From NCBI GenBank assembly GCA_020184695.1, contig JAANOX010000207.1, positions 248,001 to 312,000 of the forward strand: a stretch of DNA of 64,000 nt, given 5' to 3'. Below the pieces are notes generated by a model that ran no database searches, was not told the DNA's origin, and saw only the letters and a program-made list of their open reading frames with translations. The first letter of the stretch is position 1. The number at the start of each line of letters is the position of its first letter. Origin of the DNA: Histomonas meleagridis 2922-C6/04-290x (taxonomy: Eukaryota; Protista; Parabasalia). Of this stretch, positions 58,541-64,000 are shown one piece after another. Both the position numbers and the translations under genes were made by a program.

Positions 58541-60850
58541 TTAGTTAATATTAACTGTATTTTCTATTCTTTCAAAAACGATTTTATTTGTGAAAGATTC
58601 ATCAATCAAATGCGAGAACACCATTGATCTTTTCCACGGAAGGTTAAATGGTATATTCTTAACCAATGTTTGATCCTTTGTATCTGATCTCATTTTTGTT
58701 TCATCGAATTTAGGGTTATATCTTTTAATGAAATTTGCGAAATTTGCGTACACATCATTTGGTATTCTATCGAAAGTATTATTTTCGAAGTATAAATTAC
58801 ATTGTTTTATATTATGTACCATGCACCATTTTATAGTTAAATTCATTAATTCGATTCTTATTTCGATTTTATAACTTTTAAATAACCAATATAACACTTC
58901 GATTTTAAACGGCAAAAAATTTACATCAGAATTAAATCGATAAAAAGAAGACAAACATAAAATTATTGATTCCAGAATAGAAATATATTTCTTCTTAATC
59001 GAATGTTCGATTAAATTATTTAATGATTCATAAAACACAGGAAATATACCTTCCATAGTTTTTAATCCTAAAATATGTTTTTGAAATGCAATCGATAATA
59101 TTAATAATGAACGTACAATTTGTCGGATTTTATATGAATGATCTTTTTTATCAACTTGATATAAAAATGTTAAAAAGTTTTGTATCAATAATTCAATTGC
59201 TTGGAAATCCAATTCATAATGTGTAATTAGTTCAACGGCACAATAAAAATAAATAGGCTCATCCGAAACTATTAAAAATCGAATAATTCGTGATAAGTTT
59301 CGTATCGGTATTTTAATATTCGCAAATATTATTGCATAAATTGGAAGCATCGTATGTTTTGGTTCTAAGAATGTTAAAGAACGAAAATTATCCGAATTTT
59401 TGGTTAATATATTCGAAATAATTAAATAAATATCTAATAATCGTATCGAAATTGGATTATATGTTAATGTTGTAGGACATGATATTATATAATGTAAAAC
59501 TTTAACAATAAATTCAAAAAATGTGATTGTTAATATATTATTTGTTGATGATTGTGATATTAAAATCGTTGAAATAAATGGTAAAATAGATCGAAATAAT
59601 ATTAAAAGTAATTGATCAATTTGTGGATCGAAAAATTTTTCAGCTGATTGAATTAATAATGTTATTGTTCGAATATGTTTCATCATATCTTGAAAATGAT
59701 ATTTAGTAATTTCATTTTGTTCATTAATTACTAATGAATTAAATCGTGTGAAATATATATATAACCAATATAAATAACATTTATTACCTTTTTCTGGTGT
59801 AATATCTTTAAGTTGATCAGAAACCCAATAAAAATCATATGAAAAAACATTTAAAATATATTGAGCTTGTTCTGAAAATCGTGAATATTCTTCTATGAAA
59901 TAATCATATAAATAATTTCCAAGAAATGGAATTAATGATGCAAATGAAGCCGTAGTATTATATAAAATTATTTCTTCAAATAAGGCAGGACAATTCATTT
60001 TTTTAAGTTTTTGTATGAAATTTGAAAAAATAATCGATGTATTAGGTGATATTGTTGTTAAAGATAAAGATGTCATCAAGCAACTTTTTGAAAAGTAACC
60101 CGCCCCAAGTAAAGTAGTCAAAAGTAATGTGTCTTCAAATTTGATTTCATGTTCTTCATCAGAAAATGAATAAATAAAACGATTACATAACATAATCGTA
60201 TGAGAAGCATATGAAAAAACAGAATTCGTATGGTACTGAGGTTGTTTCGCAAGATAAATAGGATCAGGCAATAAATAATAATCTTTTGGTAAAGATTTTG
60301 TTATTTTAAAAAAACAAACTGATGGAATAAATAATGAAATTATAAATATCTTTTGTTCAATTGATGATGCGCTATTAGTAAAAATTTCATTAATTAATTT
60401 GGCTTGTACTATAGAAAGACTAAGCAAATCAGAAATATTATATGGTACTGTGGTAAAATTATAAATATATGCAGCAGCTAATGGAATTATATGAAATTTT
60501 TCAGCTGGAAATTGGTTTTTTATAAATATTAAGTGGCAAATTATTTTTTGAATTTCTTCTGAGGTAGGTTCAAACAAAGAATATAATCTTGGGATTACAC
60601 TAAAAATTTTGTAACTTTGTTTCTGTTTATCATTAACAGGCTTTATCGCAGCATTCATATACATAATAACATTATCTATTGTAAAATTTATTGGAAAAGG
60701 TGTGAAACATTTAAATTGTGATATGTCATGATTAAATTTATCAATAGTAATAGATTTTGCTTTGCTTTCCACATAGCTCCTAATTATTTTTTCATTATAC
60801 TCAGGGAATGATTTTTCTATCGAAATGAGAGAAAGATCATTCTGGAGCAT
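58541..60850 (-). CDS. 769-aa hypothetical helical protein
   Basis: Long ATG-initiated ORF in AT-rich DNA; no motif recognised. Confidence 0.8.
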   Translation of the reverse strand: MLQNDLSLISIEKSFPEYNEKIIRSYVESKAKSITIDKFNHDISQFKCFTPFPINFTIDNVIMYMNAAIKPVNDKQKQSYKIFSVIPRLYSLFEPTSEEIQKIICHLIFIKNQFPAEKFHIIPLAAAYIYNFTTVPYNISDLLSLSIVQAKLINEIFTNSASSIEQKIFIISLFIPSVCFFKITKSLPKDYYLLPDPIYLAKQPQYHTNSVFSYASHTIMLCNRFIYSFSDEEHEIKFEDTLLLTTLLGAGYFSKSCLMTSLSLTTISPNTSIIFSNFIQKLKKMNCPALFEEIILYNTTASFASLIPFLGNYLYDYFIEEYSRFSEQAQYILNVFSYDFYWVSDQLKDITPEKGNKCYLYWLYIYFTRFNSLVINEQNEITKYHFQDMMKHIRTITLLIQSAEKFFDPQIDQLLLILFRSILPFISTILISQSSTNNILTITFFEFIVKVLHYIISCPTTLTYNPISIRLLDIYLIISNILTKNSDNFRSLTFLEPKHTMLPIYAIIFANIKIPIRNLSRIIRFLIVSDEPIYFYCAVELITHYELDFQAIELLIQNFLTFLYQVDKKDHSYKIRQIVRSLLILSIAFQKHILGLKTMEGIFPVFYESLNNLIEHSIKKKYISILESIILCLSSFYRFNSDVNFLPFKIEVLYWLFKSYKIEIRIELMNLTIKWCMVHNIKQCNLYFENNTFDRIPNDVYANFANFIKRYNPKFDETKMRSDTKDQTLVKNIPFNLPWKRSMVFSHLIDESFTNKIVFERIENTVNIN

Positions 60851-60901
60851 TTATGTTAGCATAAATAATTGAATGAAAATAATTGACATTTCCATAAAAA
60901 A
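60851..60901. promoter_or_regulatory. 51-bp intergenic region, candidate bidirectional promoter
   Basis: Divergent ATGs at 60850(-) and 60902(+). Confidence 0.5.
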
Positions 60902-61411
60902 ATGGGAAAGCATAAATGTATCATTTGCATGAAACATCGCAATAATGTATGTGTGCTTGTTCCTTGTATGCATATTATTTGTTTAGATTGTTTAAATAAG
61001 TGGATTAAACAATCTGGTCAAAATTGTCCAATATGTAGAACTCCTTTTACAGAAACATATTCATCAAATGAAAACGGTGAGTTAAAACAAGTCATTAAAA
61101 ATGAGACCAAAATTACTTTTAATCCAAATGATTATCCAAAACCTAAAGGTGATTCTCAATGGGAATCTTACTTAAGGAAAATTTGGAATCTTTTGCCAAA
61201 TAGAATTTGGGAGTTACTTAGTAATTCAGGAGTTAATGATGTAGTTATAGTAACTTATGTAATGTCAATTCTTGCAAAAAATTCAAGAGAACAATCAGAA
61301 TCTTTAATTAATAACTTAGTTGGAGAATTAGTTCCGAACTTTTTTTCAAATATTTTAAAAGTTGAACCAAAATCAACAAATTCAGATGAGATTGACTTTG
61401 TAATATTTTGA
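60902..61411 (+). CDS. C3HC4 RING-finger protein
   Basis: CIIC..PCMHIICLDC..CPICR. Confidence 0.92.
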   Translation: MGKHKCIICMKHRNNVCVLVPCMHIICLDCLNKWIKQSGQNCPICRTPFTETYSSNENGELKQVIKNETKITFNPNDYPKPKGDSQWESYLRKIWNLLPNRIWELLSNSGVNDVVIVTYVMSILAKNSREQSESLINNLVGELVPNFFSNILKVEPKSTNSDEIDFVIF

Positions 61412-61555
61412 TCCATTTCAACTTGTTAATTGTATAAAAACAAATTTTACTAATTAAACTGCGAATATTTGCCTTTGTTAGAAAAATCAATAAACTTCTA
61501 TGGTATTTTTTTCTTTCAGAAATTTGTGAAGTTTATGTTTTAACGGTTAAAACAA

Positions 61556-64000
61556 ATGTCGGTACTAAAGAGTCATTGGATTTGCAATTTAGGAACCGAA
61601 ATACATCAACTTCTTCTTTCTTACAATAACTTAGCTATCCACAAAGCTAAAGTTGCTTGTTTATGTAATGAACTAAATAATTTTTCAAAACAAATTCTTC
61701 CACGTGTTAAAACAGATGAACAAGTAACTCCTGTTCAAAACGTTATGCTCCGTGAACTTATGCAATGTATTCATAATCTTAAAATCCTCTTTAGTCAGTT
61801 TACACCAAATACTCTTGCCGAAACGTTATTACGAGAAAGTCCTACATCAGCAGGAGAAAAACTGAACAACTTCCGCCAAACCTTTAACAAAATTGTGAAA
61901 GATCTTGGTATTTGTAATTATGATCCATGTCCATTAGATGATGCACAATTAAAAGTAGATGATTCTGATGATGTAAATGTCATTGTTATGTATCTTGGGA
62001 AGTTAGCTACTAGTAGTCGTACCATTATTGAACAACAAGAATATACACGTAAACTTAATGAGTACAAAGAAATCCAAAAGAAATATCAAGAAGAAGAAGA
62101 GAAAAGTCAAATCCAAAAGAACGAAGAAAGTCGTATCATGACACAAGAAGAGATTAACTCACGCGTTACTGACTTAGCAGATTATTCAGTTAATTTTGAT
62201 GACTTTGAATTACAAGCGAAAATTGGGAACGGAGCATTTGCTGAAGTCTTTTTAAGTTATCAAAAATCCACGCATAAGATGGTTGCTTTAAAGAAACTCT
62301 TTAATCAACAATTTACTGTTAAAGAGTTTGAAATGTTTTTACGTGAAATTAAAATCTTTCAAAAGTTACAACACTTTGCAGTCTTACAATTTGTAGGTGT
62401 ATGTTTAAGACCACCGTTTTGTATTGCCACTGAATATATGAGTGGCGGAAGTTTATTCACACGATTACATAATGGATCCGAATTATATGGTACGAAACTT
62501 ACGATTATAGCACTTGGAGTTGCAATTGGAATGGCACATTTACATGATAATAATATGATTCATCGAGACTTAAAATCAACAAATGTATTATTGGATGCTG
62601 ATGATTTCCCACGTATTTGTGACTTTGGAATGAGTCGAGAAATGGCAGGTCCAAATGACCCACCAATGTCAGGCGGAGTTGGTACAGCACAATGGATGGC
62701 GCCCGAAGTTATCCAATACCAAAAATATGATCAAAAAGCCGATGTTTATTCATATGGTATTTTATTATGGGAGTTATTAACAAGAGAAGTACCATTCCAA
62801 GGATTAAATAATGTACAAATTGCTATAGCTGTAACTAATAGAGATAGTCGACCATTAATACCACAAAGTTGTCCACCGAAATTAAGTCAATTAATTAAAA
62901 TTTGTTGGGATAAAGATCCAAATAAAAGACCCGACTTTAAGATGATAACAAAAGCATTCGAAAGTGGAGAAATTTCATTCCCTGGTACTGAACAAGAATT
63001 TGTTCAAGCTTATGTTAATCAATTTTCAAAAGTTGAGACTAAATCAACAGAATTTAATCCAGAAAATGTTTCCAAAGAATCAGTACAACAAATTATTAAA
63101 GAAATTAATGACCCTAATAAGAGAGATGATGGAATTTCTAAGATGTTATCAATTAAAGAAGTTCATTTATGGACTAAGTTATTAAATGAAGCTGGAATAG
63201 TACCAATTTTATTAGATTTGATTTCAAGATGTAATTTAGCGAACTCCGCATTTAATTTAATACATTGTTTATCATTAATATTAAGTGATGAAGAAGTTGT
63301 TAAAGAATTCATTGAATTATCAGGAAGTCGAACTGTTTTAGATTTGTTTATTAAATATGGTACTACTTCAATGATAGGAATTATCGATTGTTTAACATGT
63401 ATAGTTAACAATGATAAATTAGTACAATTTAGTACTGAACATTTTACGAAACTTTCATCATTTTTAGTTTCAAATGATTTAAGAATTCGAATTGATACAA
63501 CGAAATTAATCTTAAGTATATTAGAGAATCATTCATATGATGAAGATATTTCATTAAATTCATTAATATCGAATGTCATTTGTAATATTCGACCTGGTGC
63601 ACGAACTGAATTATTAACAGTTTCCTTAAAATTATTAAATGAAATGTTAGAATTACCAAAATTATTTACATCGATTATTCATTCTGATACACCAATTACA
63701 GTTTATTCATTAATTACAAATAATAATAAAGATGAAAATGTACAAATAGAAGCATTAAAATTATTAAAGAAGATGTTCCAAGGAATGAGGCCTTCAATGA
63801 ACATAGTCTCTATGTTTGTTAAAGGATTTTCTGATATTATTAATACAAATCAAAATAACTTTAATCTTATAAGTTTATTACTTATAGTTTTAGCTACATT
63901 ACTTAAGTCACCAATCATATTTAAAGAAATTAATGAATGTGAAACCATTTTAGAATCATTTAAATTCTGTTTTAAATGTGAATCAACAAAAGTTATTATA
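61556..64000 (+). CDS. TKL-family protein kinase with an N-terminal helical bundle and a C-terminal ARM-like region; runs off the window (absent from the ORF track)
   Basis: Manual translation: IGNGAFAEV, VALK, IHRDLKSTNVLL, ICDFG, GVGTAQWMAPE, DVYSYG, CWDKDPNKRPDF. Confidence 0.92.
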   Translation, partial: MSVLKSHWICNLGTEIHQLLLSYNNLAIHKAKVACLCNELNNFSKQILPRVKTDEQVTPVQNVMLRELMQCIHNLKILFSQFTPNTLAETLLRESPTSAGEKLNNFRQTFNKIVKDLGICNYDPCPLDDAQLKVDDSDDVNVIVMYLGKLATSSRTIIEQQEYTRKLNEYKEIQKKYQEEEEKSQIQKNEESRIMTQEEINSRVTDLADYSVNFDDFELQAKIGNGAFAEVFLSYQKSTHKMVALKKLFNQQFTVKEFEMFLREIKIFQKLQHFAVLQFVGVCLRPPFCIATEYMSGGSLFTRLHNGSELYGTKLTIIALGVAIGMAHLHDNNMIHRDLKSTNVLLDADDFPRICDFGMSREMAGPNDPPMSGGVGTAQWMAPEVIQYQKYDQKADVYSYGILLWELLTREVPFQGLNNVQIAIAVTNRDSRPLIPQSCPPKLSQLIKICWDKDPNKRPDFKMITKAFESGEISFPGTEQEFVQAYVNQFSKVETKSTEFNPENVSKESVQQIIKEINDPNKRDDGISKMLSIKEVHLWTKLLNEAGIVPILLDLISRCNLANSAFNLIHCLSLILSDEEVVKEFIELSGSRTVLDLFIKYGTTSMIGIIDCLTCIVNNDKLVQFSTEHFTKLSSFLVSNDLRIRIDTTKLILSILENHSYDEDISLNSLISNVICNIRPGARTELLTVSLKLLNEMLELPKLFTSIIHSDTPITVYSLITNNNKDENVQIEALKLLKKMFQGMRPSMNIVSMFVKGFSDIINTNQNNFNLISLLLIVLATLLKSPIIFKEINECETILESFKFCFKCESTKVII

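Noticed and set aside
1-64000. Alternative genetic code (stop reassignment) explaining in-frame TGA/TAA in transposases, the fibre gene and the giant gene
   Set aside because: Intact genes end on TAA/TGA and encode conserved Trp as TGG. The in-frame stops are confined to decayed elements that also carry frameshifts, plus one isolated case.

Overview
Very AT-rich eukaryotic DNA, most likely from a parabasalid (trichomonad) protist. This is inferred from long intronless genes, DUF3447/ankyrin genes, a TKL kinase, a lid-less Hsp70, stops embedded in TAAA, and the transposon content. The left ~26 kb is a nested mobile-element graveyard. A decayed Maverick/Polinton-like endogenous virus (~1-13.2 kb) carries an integrase remnant, a split A32-like packaging ATPase, pPolB remnants, an HNH endonuclease, an intact amphipathic-helix protein, and a giant His-x-His fibre-like gene with a clean 812-bp internal inversion. 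It is followed by pogo-like DDE transposons (one inserted at TA in the HNH gene), a MULE transposase, a duplicated GC-rich hairpin module with tandem tails, and a 1.5-kb A-rich satellite. The right ~38 kb is host gene space: Vps4, a membrane subtilisin, a ~2,060-codon TM/coiled-coil/gelsolin-like gene with one in-frame TAA, Rpt5, Rictor, a PQ-loop transporter, a GEX1/Kar5/Brambleberry-like protein, a DHHC PAT, Hsp70, CCDC53, ARL13, a RING protein, and an MLKL-like TKL kinase running off the end. Best candidates for new biology are (i) ankyrin repeats interrupted at the same position by related non-GT-AG AT-rich spacers, (ii) the viral fibre gene and its inversion, (iii) the in-frame-stop giant gene, (iv) the structured hairpin module, and (v) the GEX1-like gene. 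All family assignments come from motif reading, not database searches. No tRNA, rRNA or CRISPR array was recognised.
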